DNA of 64,000 nt. Origin: Rhodospirillales bacterium. Its GTDB lineage: Bacteria; Pseudomonadota; Alphaproteobacteria; Bin95. Under the pieces are notes generated by a model. The model was not told the DNA's origin. It saw only the letters and a list, made by a program, of their open reading frames with translations, and did no database searches. The stretch is from positions 1,120,001-1,184,000 of the forward strand of contig JAYQLI010000035.1 in assembly GCA_038143065.1 (NCBI GenBank). The letters run 5' to 3'. This document shows, one piece after another, positions 30,912 through 41,702 of the stretch (positions within the stretch are counted from its first letter, which is position 1; every line of letters starts with the position of its first letter). The position numbers and the translations under genes are program-made.

Positions 30912-32291
30912 ATGATCGACTTGTCACACCTTAAAGGAAGGCGTTACGGAGTTTTCGGTCTTGGTCGAACTGGCATGGCTGCAGTGAGGGCACTAATCGC
31001 AGGAGGAGCAGAGGTCGTTGCCTGGGACGACAACAACGATCTCCTAGAAACTGCATCTCAAGAAGGTGCTGAGACAGAAAACTTCATGACTGCGCCGTTA
31101 GCTTACTTGGAAGCGATAGTTTGGAGTCCAGGAGCACCGTTTCTTGCCCCCAAACCTCTGCCAGCTGCAAATGCAGCTAGACGTCACGGAGTACCACTAA
31201 TATCTGATGTGCAATTGCTTCTCGATGCTAAGCATGGGGCCCGCGTGATTGGGATAACTGGCTCTAATGGAAAGTCGACAACAACAGCACTCCTTGGGCA
31301 CATTCTCCAAAGATCCGGCAGAAAAGTTGCCGTTGGAGGGAATTTAGGTCCCCCGGCATTAGGTTTACAGAACTTAAGTGCAGACGGCGTCTATGTTCTC
31401 GAGCTCTCTTCTTATCAACTCGAATTAACACCTTCTCCCAGTTTTGATATCTCTATATTCTTAAATTTAGAGCCTGATCATTTGGATCGTCATAGTGGAT
31501 TGCACAATTATGCTGCTCAAAAACGACGTATCTTCATTGGCTGCAAAAGCGCAATAATAGGCACCGACGACCCTCATGGTCGATGGTTGCTTGAACGTTG
31601 CAAGAAGGATTTTCCTTCTACTGAAATTTCAACTAATCACCTACTAAACAAAGGTATATCTGTTAACAACGGCTGGTTATGTGAAGATGAGCAACCTGTT
31701 TTTGCTTTCAATTCTGCAAAAAGCCTGAATGGAAAACACAATCAGCAAAATGCTGCCGCGGCCTACGCAGCAGCCCGCAATCTAGGACTATCGACGGATG
31801 AGATAATCCCATCATTGGAAAATTTTGACGGTCTGCCTCACCGGCAAGCATTAATCCGACACATCAATCATATTTCTTATATTAATGACTCTAAGGCAAC
31901 GAACTCAGCAGCAGCAGCTCGCGCTTTGTCTAGCTTTGGAAGAACTTATTGGATTGCTGGCGGGTTACCTAAGGATGGCGGTCTCAAAGGCATAGAAGAA
32001 TGTTTAAAAAACGTTGTAAAAGCGTACTTTTTTGGTCAGGCAGGCAATTCATTTAAAAACCAGCTCAGCCAAATGGCCCCAAGCATTCCTGCTACTGCAT
32101 ATGACACAATGGATGAGGCGCTTGCTGCAGCTCATAATGATGCTCATAGAGATTTTGAAGACTCTTTTATCCTCTTATCCCCAGCATGTGCTTCGTTCGA
32201 TCAATTCAATAGTTATGAACACCGCGGAGAGGTATTCATTGACTTGGTTTCTAACCTAGAGGCCCCTCGGTCTAATGGGGCGGCAGCATGA
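30912..32291 (+). CDS. murD: UDP-MurNAc-L-Ala:D-Glu ligase
   Basis: GLGRTG, TGSNGKST, ELSSYQL, DHLDRH, NDSKATN, SPACASFDQF. Confidence 0.95.
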   Translation: MIDLSHLKGRRYGVFGLGRTGMAAVRALIAGGAEVVAWDDNNDLLETASQEGAETENFMTAPLAYLEAIVWSPGAPFLAPKPLPAANAARRHGVPLISDVQLLLDAKHGARVIGITGSNGKSTTTALLGHILQRSGRKVAVGGNLGPPALGLQNLSADGVYVLELSSYQLELTPSPSFDISIFLNLEPDHLDRHSGLHNYAAQKRRIFIGCKSAIIGTDDPHGRWLLERCKKDFPSTEISTNHLLNKGISVNNGWLCEDEQPVFAFNSAKSLNGKHNQQNAAAAYAAARNLGLSTDEIIPSLENFDGLPHRQALIRHINHISYINDSKATNSAAAARALSSFGRTYWIAGGLPKDGGLKGIEECLKNVVKAYFFGQAGNSFKNQLSQMAPSIPATAYDTMDEALAAAHNDAHRDFEDSFILLSPACASFDQFNSYEHRGEVFIDLVSNLEAPRSNGAAA

Positions 32292-33415
32292 ACGGCATAG
32301 CACGTGGTGATAACAGTATCGTTGGTCGTTGGTGGTGGACAGTGGACCGTAGTCTATTAGTCGCTCTTTTAACACTTATGGCAGTAGGTCTTGTCCTAGT
32401 AATAATAGCTAGTCCTGGCGTCGCAGAGCGCATAGACGCCCCAACCTTCCATTTCGTTAAACGCCACTTAATGCTTCTACCAGTTGCAATTATTTTGATG
32501 GTGGGTTGCTCACTCTTGAACCCAAGACAAACCCGACTTTTTGCTCTTGCTATTCTGGCTGGTGCTACTCTTGGCCTTATCGCAACATTATTCATTGGCT
32601 CTGAAATCAAGGGCGCAAGACGTTGGATTTCAATTGGTGGATTTTCGTTGCAAGCTAGTGAGTTTGCAAAGCCCGCCATGGCGGTTCTCATAGCTTGGAT
32701 GTTAACGCAGTTCCAACGTAAAGGGCTAAAAGGCTACCTGATTGGTGCAGTTTTTATCTTTGGAATTCCTCTCAGCCTTACAGCAATCCAGCCAGATGTC
32801 GGTACTAGTTTGGTTATGTTAGCGGTGTTAGGTGCACAACTTTTTGTTGCTGGCATTTCACTTTGGGCAGTTACTGTTTTCTTAGGAATAAGTGCTGGAG
32901 GTTTCTGGCTTGCTTATTTGTGGGTTCCTCATGTGACAAGCCGCGTCGACCGCTTTTTAGATCCGGCAACCGGCGATACTTATCAGATCGATATGTCTCT
33001 AAATGCGTTCCACACTGGTGGATTAGTTGGCAGAGGACCTGGTGATGGTGTCGTTAAAAATGCACTACCCGACGCACATTCTGACTTCATTTTTGCCGTA
33101 GCCGGCGAAGAATTAGGATTAATTGCTTGTTTAATAATTGTTGGAATTTTTGCCTTTGTAGTATTGAAAATCTTTGTTCGTGCTCTTTCCCAAAATGATC
33201 TGTTCACCATGCTCGCCGGCTCTGGCCTCGCCTCGCTTTTTGGTGCACAGGCACTTGTTAATCTTAGCTCTACATTAGCTTTAATTCCCACTAAAGGCAT
33301 GACCCTGCCATTCATAAGCTATGGAGGATCCTCTCTTTTTTCTTTGGCAATTGCGATGGGGCTTGCGCTAGCAATTACACGGCGTCGCACTGGCCTTGAG
33401 GATTCAAATGAATGA
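32288..33415 (+). CDS. ftsW: SEDS peptidoglycan polymerase FtsW
   Basis: RWWWTVD, GARRWI, QASEFAK, QPD, DAHSDF, PTKGMTLPFISYGGSS. Confidence 0.95.
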   Translation: MNGIARGDNSIVGRWWWTVDRSLLVALLTLMAVGLVLVIIASPGVAERIDAPTFHFVKRHLMLLPVAIILMVGCSLLNPRQTRLFALAILAGATLGLIATLFIGSEIKGARRWISIGGFSLQASEFAKPAMAVLIAWMLTQFQRKGLKGYLIGAVFIFGIPLSLTAIQPDVGTSLVMLAVLGAQLFVAGISLWAVTVFLGISAGGFWLAYLWVPHVTSRVDRFLDPATGDTYQIDMSLNAFHTGGLVGRGPGDGVVKNALPDAHSDFIFAVAGEELGLIACLIIVGIFAFVVLKIFVRALSQNDLFTMLAGSGLASLFGAQALVNLSSTLALIPTKGMTLPFISYGGSSLFSLAIAMGLALAITRRRTGLEDSNE

Positions 33416-34535
33416 GTAAACCGTACAATATCGTCCTAGCTGCAGGTGGTACTGGCGGTCACGTCTTTCCAGGAATTGCAACGGCCGAAGCCTTAAATGA
33501 TTTGGGTCATAACACAATTCTCGCCACTGATAGTCGAGGCAAGGCATATCAGGGCAATGTGAGAAGAGTACTAATAGCTGCTTCAAGCCTGAGAGGTGGC
33601 GCCTGGCTCAAAATAAAAGGTCTGTTTTCAATAATTCATGGCGTTCTGCAAGCTGCTCTGCTCCTTCACCGTGAGAAGACAGATTTGGTTATAGGGTTTG
33701 GTGGTTTTCCAAGTCTTCCTACATTAATTGCGGCAAAATTAATGGGATGCCCAATCGTTCTTCACGAGCAAAATGCAGTCCTTGGCAAAGCAAATAGAAT
33801 TGTTGCGAAATTTGCACAAAGTATTGCCGTAGCATTCGATCATGTACGTTATGCAGATCCAAATAAGACAGTTTTAATTGGCAACCCAGTTCGAGCCAAA
33901 ATCGCAGATGCAAAAAACCAGGCATATAATGCCCCTACCACAAATGGCCCTATTCGAGTCCTGATTTTTGGAGGCAGCCAAGGCGCTAGAATTTTTGGGG
34001 ATCTTATTCCAGCCACAATGCAACTTCTTCCATACGAATTTCGTAAGCGTATTAAGGTAGTTCAGCAATGTAGGTCGGAAGACATTACCCGTGTTAGGAC
34101 AGCTTTTATTAAAGCAGAAATCGAGGCTGAAATCGCCGAATTTTTCACGATATGCCTGAACGTCTCGAGGCAGCGCATCTGGTAATTTCAAGATCTGGCG
34201 CCTCAACAGTGGCTGAGTTAACTGCAAGTGGGCGACCAAGTTTGCTAATTCCGTATGCTGCAGCCACAGATGACCATCAAACTGCGAACGCTGACGCACT
34301 TACAAGCAGGGGTGCGGCTTGGCGTATTTCAGAAAATGAAGCGTCAGCTGAACAGCTGGTAGAAAAGCTGAGCAAACTGTTCAAGCATCCTGAAAAACTA
34401 TCAAACGCCGCCAACGCTGCAAAAACTGCCGCCCGCACAGATGCCGCAGTTGTGTTGGCTAACTTTGTTGAAATGATACTGAAAACCAAACCGATTAATC
34501 CCCGTCAAAGAATTGTCAGGGATAACGTCTCATGA
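33412..34535 (+). CDS. murG: Lipid II GlcNAc transferase; frameshift near 34141
   Basis: [25 protein letters not shown] / [16 protein letters not shown]. Confidence 0.94.
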
Positions 34536-35953
34536 ACCGTATCCCATTTGATATCGGCCCCATTCATTTTGTTGGAATTGGCGGCATCGGAATGAGCGGA
34601 ATTGCCGAGGTTCTTTGGAATTTGGGATATAAAGTCCAGGGCTCCGATGTTTCGAGTGGTGCCACAGTTGAAAGATTAAAAAGTCTTGGCATCCCGATTT
34701 ATATAGAGCATGAGGCTGCTAATGTTGGTGAAGCGGCCGTGGTTGTTGTTTCTACAGCCATTAAGACTGGGAACCCAGAAGTTGATGCTGCAAGAGCTCG
34801 TCGTATCCCTGTTGTAAAGCGTGCGGAAATGCTGGCAGAGCTAATGAGATTAAAATCAGCTATCGCCATCGGCGGGACTCACGGGAAGACAACTACAACA
34901 TCGCTAGTTGCTGCAGTTCTTGATGAAGCAGGTTTGGACCCAACAGTTATAAATGGCGGGATAATAAATGCCTTAGGCGCTAATGCTTACCTGGGCGGTG
35001 GTGATTGGATGGTTGTCGAGGCTGATGAGAGTGACGGCGCTTTTCTGAAATTGCCCTCCACCGTTGCTGTCGTAACAAATATTGATCCTGAACATCTAGA
35101 CCACTGGGTAGATTTTGAATCAATCCGCGCTGCATTCCGAACCTTTGTTGAGAGCATCCCATTTTATGGATTTGCCGTTGTATGTGCTGACCATCCAGAA
35201 GCCCAAAGTCTGACCGCATTAGTGCGTGATAGACGAATAATCACCTATGGATTTAATCCGCAAGCAGATATTCGAGCTGAAAACGTGAACCTTGGACCCG
35301 AAGGCGCAAAATTTGATGTCGTGGCTAAACTGCCTGGTTCTCGGGAAGTGATCCGTATTGAAAACCTAATATTACCTATGTTTGGAAGTCATAATGCCCA
35401 AAATGCTCTAGTTGCAGTAGCAGTAGCCCTCGAACTGGGCATAGCGCAACAAGACATTAGAAAAGGCCTTGCTAAATTTAAAGGTGTACGGAGACGCTTT
35501 ACTAAAGTTGGCGAGATCCAAGGCATTACTATTATAGATGACTATGGACATCATCCAGTGGAAATTGCCGCTGTATTAGCTGCAGCACGAAGTGTAGCTA
35601 CAGGCCGTGTCATTGCTGTAGCACAACCCCATAGATACAGTCGTTTACAGGATCAAATGGAAGGCTTTTGTACCTGTTTTAATGATGCAGATCAGGTCAT
35701 CGTTGCTCCTGTTTATCCTGCAGGCGAGAAGCCAATAAGCGGCGTTGATCATAATACTCTTGCTGATGGATTAATTGCTCATGGCCATAAAGAAGTTAAG
35801 ACGATTAATGACCCATCTGACCTAGCAGAACTCATAGCAAAAAATGCCACCTCTGGTGATTATGTGATTTGTCTAGGTGCCGGGACAATCACCCAATGGG
35901 CTGGACAGCTCCCCAATGAGCTCGAACAGATTTTGCGCCATGATACAAACTGA
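34532..35953 (+). CDS. murC: UDP-MurNAc:L-Ala ligase
   Basis: [37 protein letters not shown]. Confidence 0.96.
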   Translation: MNRIPFDIGPIHFVGIGGIGMSGIAEVLWNLGYKVQGSDVSSGATVERLKSLGIPIYIEHEAANVGEAAVVVVSTAIKTGNPEVDAARARRIPVVKRAEMLAELMRLKSAIAIGGTHGKTTTTSLVAAVLDEAGLDPTVINGGIINALGANAYLGGGDWMVVEADESDGAFLKLPSTVAVVTNIDPEHLDHWVDFESIRAAFRTFVESIPFYGFAVVCADHPEAQSLTALVRDRRIITYGFNPQADIRAENVNLGPEGAKFDVVAKLPGSREVIRIENLILPMFGSHNAQNALVAVAVALELGIAQQDIRKGLAKFKGVRRRFTKVGEIQGITIIDDYGHHPVEIAAVLAAARSVATGRVIAVAQPHRYSRLQDQMEGFCTCFNDADQVIVAPVYPAGEKPISGVDHNTLADGLIAHGHKEVKTINDPSDLAELIAKNATSGDYVICLGAGTITQWAGQLPNELEQILRHDTN

Positions 35954-36861
35954 AAATCCTATACTTTAAGAAAGAGATTCCACCAACTCGCGGAAAAGTG
36001 GCTTTAGAAGCACCTCTCTCTCGCTTGACATGGTTTGGGGTTGGCGGGCCCGCAGATGTTTTATTTCGACCAGCAGACATCGATGATCTTCGTAGCTTTT
36101 TAAAAAACCTCGATCAGAAGATTTCTGTGTGGCCGCTTGGTGTGGGTTCTAATGTCATAATTCGCGACAGCGGCATCGAAGGAGTGGTGGTACTCTTGAG
36201 AGGCCCATTCACGAAAATTGACGTTGAAGAAAATTTGATCGTTGCCGGAGGCGGCGCGCTTTCAGCTAACATAGCAAGAAAGGCTGCAGATACTGGCTTA
36301 AAAGGACCCGAATTCTTATCGGGAGTACCTGGCTCTGTAGGTGGAGCAATCCGGATGAACGCAGGGGCATACGGGACGGAAGTGAAAGACATTTTAAGTT
36401 GGGCAGAAGTTATTACTCGCTCTGGGACAGTTAAACGAATTTCTGCGGCTAAACTTGGCTTTTCTTATCGCAGTAGTAATCTGCAGCCAGATGATATTGT
36501 TGTTAAAGCTGCCTTCAAGGGCACCAAAGATAATCCAAATAATATCCGTGCTCGCCTGCAAGATTTTCAAAAACAGAGAGAAGCCAGCCAGCCTCTCCGC
36601 ACTCGAACTGGTGGGTCAACTTTTCAAAACCCTGCAAAAAGTAAAGCTTGGGAACTTATTGATGCTGCTGGATGCCGCGGACAACGCGTCGGGAAAGCAT
36701 ATGTTTCCGACAAGCATTGTAACTTTATCATTGCTGAAGAAGGCGCAAATGCTAGCGACATTGAAACTTTGGGAGAAGCTGTGCGCCAGAAAGTTAAAGA
36801 ACAGTTTGGTGTCATTTTAGAGTGGGAAATCAAACGAATTGGGCGGGGGACAGCATGCTAG
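35940..36861 (+). CDS. murB: UDP-N-acetylenolpyruvoylglucosamine reductase; probable extra T near 35966
   Basis: [44 protein letters not shown]. Removing one T extends the ORF to [19 protein letters not shown] at 35940. Confidence 0.93.
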
Positions 36862-37772
36862 TGAAGCACGTTGCAGTCCTTATGGGAGGCCAATCAGCCG
36901 AAAGGGAAGTATCTCTTGCCTCAGGTAAAGCCTGTGCCTCCGCTCTTCGTAGCGCTGGATACAAAGTATCGGAGATTGAGATTAACGAAGGCCAGCTGAC
37001 ACAATTAATAAATAAAATCACCCCTAAACCAGACGCGGTATTTAATTCTCTTCATGGTCGGTATGGAGAGGATGGATGCATTCAAGGGTTACTTGAATTA
37101 CTGCAGCTTCCCTACACACATTCCGGTGTTCTCGCATCAGCATTGGCTATGGATAAACCTGCAGCATTGGCAATGTTTAAAGCCAATGGAATTCAAGTTC
37201 CAGAAGGCAGAGTTGTTCCCATCAAAGAAGTGCATAAGGTCTTTGAAGCACCCTATGTCATCAAACCTCTGCAGGAAGGCTCGAGCGTCGGTGTAATGAT
37301 CTTCCACGAACAAGACAGTCGCACGCCTCTGGAAGAGAGGTGGGGTTTTGGGACAGAGGCTTTGGTGGAGAAGTTCGTCCCTGGAAGAGAATTGACCGTT
37401 GCAGTTATGGATAATGAAGCGATTGGGGCTCTTGAAATTATCCCGAAGACCCACTTTTATGATTATGATGCCAAGTATGTACAAGGGGCTTCACATCACA
37501 TTTCGATTGATGAGATATCCTTAAATATCGTTGGAGCAGCTAAGAAAATCGCACTACGCGCCCACCAAATATTGGGGTGTCGTGGCGTTACAAGATCTGA
37601 TTTCCGTTGGGATGACAGTAAGCCTAATGCAGAAGGATTGTATTTACTCGAAATAAACACACAGCCTGGTATGACGGAAACTTCTCTCGTGCCAGAAATC
37701 GCAAAAAATGCAGGTATTGACTTCCCTTCACTTGTCACACGGATTGTAGAGGGTGCTCGATGCGGTCCGTAA
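36855..37772 (+). CDS. ddl: D-alanine--D-alanine ligase
   Basis: GGQSAEREVS, LHGRYGEDG, EGSSVG, YDYDAKY, EINTQPG. Confidence 0.95.
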   Translation: MLVKHVAVLMGGQSAEREVSLASGKACASALRSAGYKVSEIEINEGQLTQLINKITPKPDAVFNSLHGRYGEDGCIQGLLELLQLPYTHSGVLASALAMDKPAALAMFKANGIQVPEGRVVPIKEVHKVFEAPYVIKPLQEGSSVGVMIFHEQDSRTPLEERWGFGTEALVEKFVPGRELTVAVMDNEAIGALEIIPKTHFYDYDAKYVQGASHHISIDEISLNIVGAAKKIALRAHQILGCRGVTRSDFRWDDSKPNAEGLYLLEINTQPGMTETSLVPEIAKNAGIDFPSLVTRIVEGARCGP

Positions 37773-38638
37773 AAGCTATCAGCCATAAAAATATAGCCAA
37801 AAGAACCCGAAGAAAATCATCTATAAACCTTCGGAAAATATCAAAATTCTCCACAGTTGTAGGACCTTGGTTGATCATCTTTGGACTAGCCGTTGGACTT
37901 TTTTGGACCATGTTCACTAACGGAGGACCAAGCAATCTCGCGAGAGAATTAAAATCGGAAGCCATACAGGCAACTCTTAAGCTAGGCTTTAAAATCGAGG
38001 CTGTATGGGTGGACGGCCTTCAATATTCAAACAGAAACGATGTTGTCATAGCGGTTGGGGCAAACCATGGAGCACCAATTTTAAAATTTGATACTGAGCA
38101 AGCAAGAAAACGCCTCCTTGATCTACCTTGGGTTAAAGAAGCCTCAGTGAGCCTAGCTCTTCCAAATAAAATTCATATAAACGTCAAAGAACGAGAACCG
38201 ATTGCTATTTGGCAGATAAATCGTGAGCTGCATGTTATCGATAATGAGGGTAATATCATTCAAGGAGTTAAGCCTGCTGCCTTTTCACAGTTACCGATAA
38301 TGGTTGGCGAAGGAGCTAATAAAGCTGCCCAAGATTTATTCCGTCTTATGGCAGATACACCAAAGATCGCTCGAATAATGACAGCCGCCAGCTATGTGGG
38401 CTACCGCCGGTGGAATGTTAAGCTGGACAACCGAATTGAAATAAATTTGCCCGCCAAAAACGTGGGAAATGCATTACAGCGGCTTAACAAGTTACAGCAA
38501 GAACACGAAATATTCAGCAAAGATATTTTGGGCATTGATTTACGCATTCCAGACCGGTTGATAGTTCGTGTAACCGACAAAAACAGTTCAAACATAAACC
38601 AAGAATCCCTGAAAATCCGCGCCGATCGCAGCAGCTAG
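37760..38638 (+). CDS. ftsQ: Cell division protein FtsQ
   Basis: TM segment, POTRA (LPWVKEASV, ER.P.A.W), RRW, IDLRIPDR. Confidence 0.9.
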   Translation: MRSVKAISHKNIAKRTRRKSSINLRKISKFSTVVGPWLIIFGLAVGLFWTMFTNGGPSNLARELKSEAIQATLKLGFKIEAVWVDGLQYSNRNDVVIAVGANHGAPILKFDTEQARKRLLDLPWVKEASVSLALPNKIHINVKEREPIAIWQINRELHVIDNEGNIIQGVKPAAFSQLPIMVGEGANKAAQDLFRLMADTPKIARIMTAASYVGYRRWNVKLDNRIEINLPAKNVGNALQRLNKLQQEHEIFSKDILGIDLRIPDRLIVRVTDKNSSNINQESLKIRADRSS

Positions 38639-38663
38639 TACGTGAGGGTAAGGAAATCTAATT

Positions 38664-39919
38664 ATGGCGAAACAAATGATTAGACCCCGTCCGGCCTAGT
38701 TGCAGCTTTAGACATTGGCAGCAGCAAAATGGCGTGCGTAATTGCTCGCATAGGAGGTGATCGTAAACCGCGCCTTCTTGGTTTCGGTCATCGGTTATCT
38801 GCCGGAGTGAGAAAAGGTTGCATTGTAGATATGGAAGCTGCAACCGCTGCCATAAGTGCAGTCGTTCAAGAAGCTGAAACAATGGCAGACGAACGCATTT
38901 CCTCCATGTTTATAACATTGGCTGGCGGGGATGTTCGATCTGATATCCAAAATGCTGAAATTGCAATTGGTGGCCGAGCAATAGTAGACCAGGACGTACG
39001 ACGGTGTTTGGCCCAGGCACGCTCGGAAGTACCTCTGGCTGGACGTCGCGCGTTACACATGCTGCCTATAGGTTATGCGGTCGACTCAACCAGGTCAGTA
39101 GAACAACCTAGAGGGCTTTTTGCAGATAAGTTAGGCGTTTTACTTCATGTGGCCAGCGCAGAAGAGGGACCAATTCGATCCGTCGAGGCAGCAGCAGCTG
39201 AGGCCCACTTAGAGGTTGATGCTATGGTTGCTCCAAGTTACGCCGCTGCCCTAAGTGTACTAACGCCTGATGAGGCCGAGCTAGGCTCAACGGTCATAGA
39301 CATTGGCGGAGGCACAACTAGTATTTCGGTTTTTCAAGCAGGAGTGCCAGTATTTATCGATGCATTATCCATCGGTGGTAACAACGTCACTCAAGACATC
39401 GCGTTAGTCCTAAAAACAACTCTGGCACATGCTGAACGTCTTAAGGCAATCGATGGAAGTTGTCTGTCGGCTGCAGATGACGAACATCGCATGATTTCAG
39501 CCCCCACAATAGGCGAAGATGATCTAGCCGAAACGTATTCTGCGTCCCGGGCAGACCTCATAAGAGTTATCAGTCTTCGAATGGAAGAATTATTCGAGAT
39601 GGTGCAACAGAGTATAAAGGATGCTGGTATGGCACGGACCTCCGGAGGGTCTTTAGTCATCACAGGTGGCGGAGCAAATCTGCATGGAGTTGCCGAATTA
39701 GCAGGTCGAGTGCTGGGTAAAAGAGGGAGAATAGGCAGACCTAGTGGCATCATGGGGCTAGAGGAACGCCTGACCGACCCCCAATTCGCATCGGCGATTG
39801 GACTTATCCGTTATGCAGCAAAAGATGCAGCATCCACAGATATTGTGCTTTTATCTCAGACTAGTAGCACCTATAGTGTTCTTGGTCGCCTTGGAGCATG
39901 GTTCAAAGAACACTTCTAG
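38664..39919 (+). CDS. ftsA: Cell division protein FtsA; frameshift near 38690
   Basis: LDIGSSK upstream of the tracked ATG, DIGGGTT, GGNNVTQD, TGGGA, C-terminal amphipathic WFKEHF. Confidence 0.93.
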
Positions 39920-39989
39920 GACCATAAATTTACTCTTTCACGATTTGTGAGGAGTAACGTGAGTTAAAGCTAGTAGGAAGGAAACGCAG

Positions 39990-41610
39990 ATGAGTTTGAA
40001 GATCTCAATGCCTCAACCGGATATGGATCTTAAACCTCGCATCACCGTCGTAGGTGTTGGTGGTGCTGGCGGTAATGCGGTCAATAATATGATTCGCTCT
40101 AACCTGTCCGGAGTAGAATTCCTTGTAGCAAACACTGACGCTCAAGCGCTTGAAATGTCGAGCGCAGACCAACGAATTCAACTTGGGCTAAACCTTACTC
40201 ACGGGCTTGGAGCGGGTGCTCGCCCAGAAATAGGCCGAGCTGCGGCGGAAGAAGCTATTGAAGAGATCATGGGGCGATTATCAAAGAGTCACATGGTCTT
40301 CATAACAGCTGGCATGGGTGGAGGAACCGGGACAGGCGCCGCTCCAGTTATAGCTCGTGCCGCACGCGAGTCAGGGGTCTTGACCGTTGGAGTTGTAACA
40401 AAACCCTTCCACTTCGAGGGTGCAAACCGCATGCGCGCGGCGGACAGTGGCATAGAGGAATTAGCCAAGCACGTAGATACGCTAATCATCATCCCAAACC
40501 AAAATTTATTCCGTATTGCCAATGAAAAGACGACCTTTGCAGAAGCCTTCCAGCTTGCAGATGATGTACTCTATTCAGGAGTACGCGGGGTAACAGATCT
40601 GATGGTTATGCCTGGTCTAATCAACCTAGACTTTGCTGACATTCGCACCGTCATGGCAGAAATGGGTAAGGCAATGATGGGTACTGGTGAAGCCGGAGGT
40701 GAGGACCGCGCCCGCCAGGCTGCTGAGGCAGCAATATCCAATCCTCTTCTAGATGAAATATCTATGCAGGGCGCAAGAGGCGTTCTAATAAATATCACTG
40801 GTGGCTCAGACATGACGTTGCTAGAGGTCGATGCGGCAGCAAACCGAATTCGAGAGGAAGTAGACGACGATGCAAACATTATTTTTGGTGCAACAATGGA
40901 CCAAAATCTTGATGGAGCCATGCGTGTTTCAATCGTAGCCACTGGCATCGATACTGTTCCAGGACAAAAGCCCCTTCCGATCGAGCCTTTCACGAGCTCT
41001 GCAGTGGGGAAGTCAGTTGACACAGCGACCGCTCGACAAGCTCCAGCAGTTGCAGCCGCTCTCACGCAAGTTGCGCAAATTGATAGTTCTTCAGAAGCAC
41101 TTAAATCAGTTGATGAGGAAACATCAATTCAGGTTCATCAGAAAGAGGATCTGGTCGAAAGCAACGAAATCGTTACCGAGACTGAAGCAGAGCAAGGCCT
41201 AGATAAACAGCCTGAAAATGAAGCTTCGTCCAACAAGACAACAACTGGACATTTCCTTCTAAGTTAGAGAGTAAATCCAGCTCTGCGCGAGATGACGCTT
41301 TCATACCTGAGGCTGCTGAAACGACTAAATCAGTCGCTTCACCTCAGCCTGAAGCCGAGCCTTCAGCATTATCTGCACCCCCTCGCCCACGTCGCACTTT
41401 CATAAGTATTTTCGACCGTATGACGGGGCTACTCGCCAGCAAGATGTCGATACTATGTCACCTTCTACTGAACCAAAAATAGTAACACCGAGCGCAGAAA
41501 ACCCAACCAAAGACCAAGATCAAGATCAAGATAAAGCAGAAGATAAAAACTCGGCTAAAACAGACGAGTATCTAGATATACCCACATTTCTGCGTCGTCA
41601 GGCAAATTAA
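39990..41610 (+). CDS. ftsZ: Cell division protein FtsZ with long linker; frameshifts near 41250 and 41425
   Basis: [23 protein letters not shown]; downstream frames give [13 protein letters not shown] and the conserved C-terminal peptide [15 protein letters not shown] with stop at 41610. Confidence 0.96.
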
Positions 41611-41702
41611 CTTGTAATTGAGTTCAGTAGATATCAGCTTTCATCAATAATCTGATGTATATATTTAAGGTCTCTTGTTTGGGTAATGGTTCAGGCCTGA
41701 GA

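Noticed and set aside
39954-39967. Possible CtrA box upstream of ftsZ (GTAA-N6-TTAA)
   Set aside because: Wrong spacing and a mismatched half-site.
41515-41532. (CAAGAT)x3 tandem repeat
   Set aside because: An in-frame Gln-Asp repeat in the disordered FtsZ linker; ordinary low-complexity sequence.
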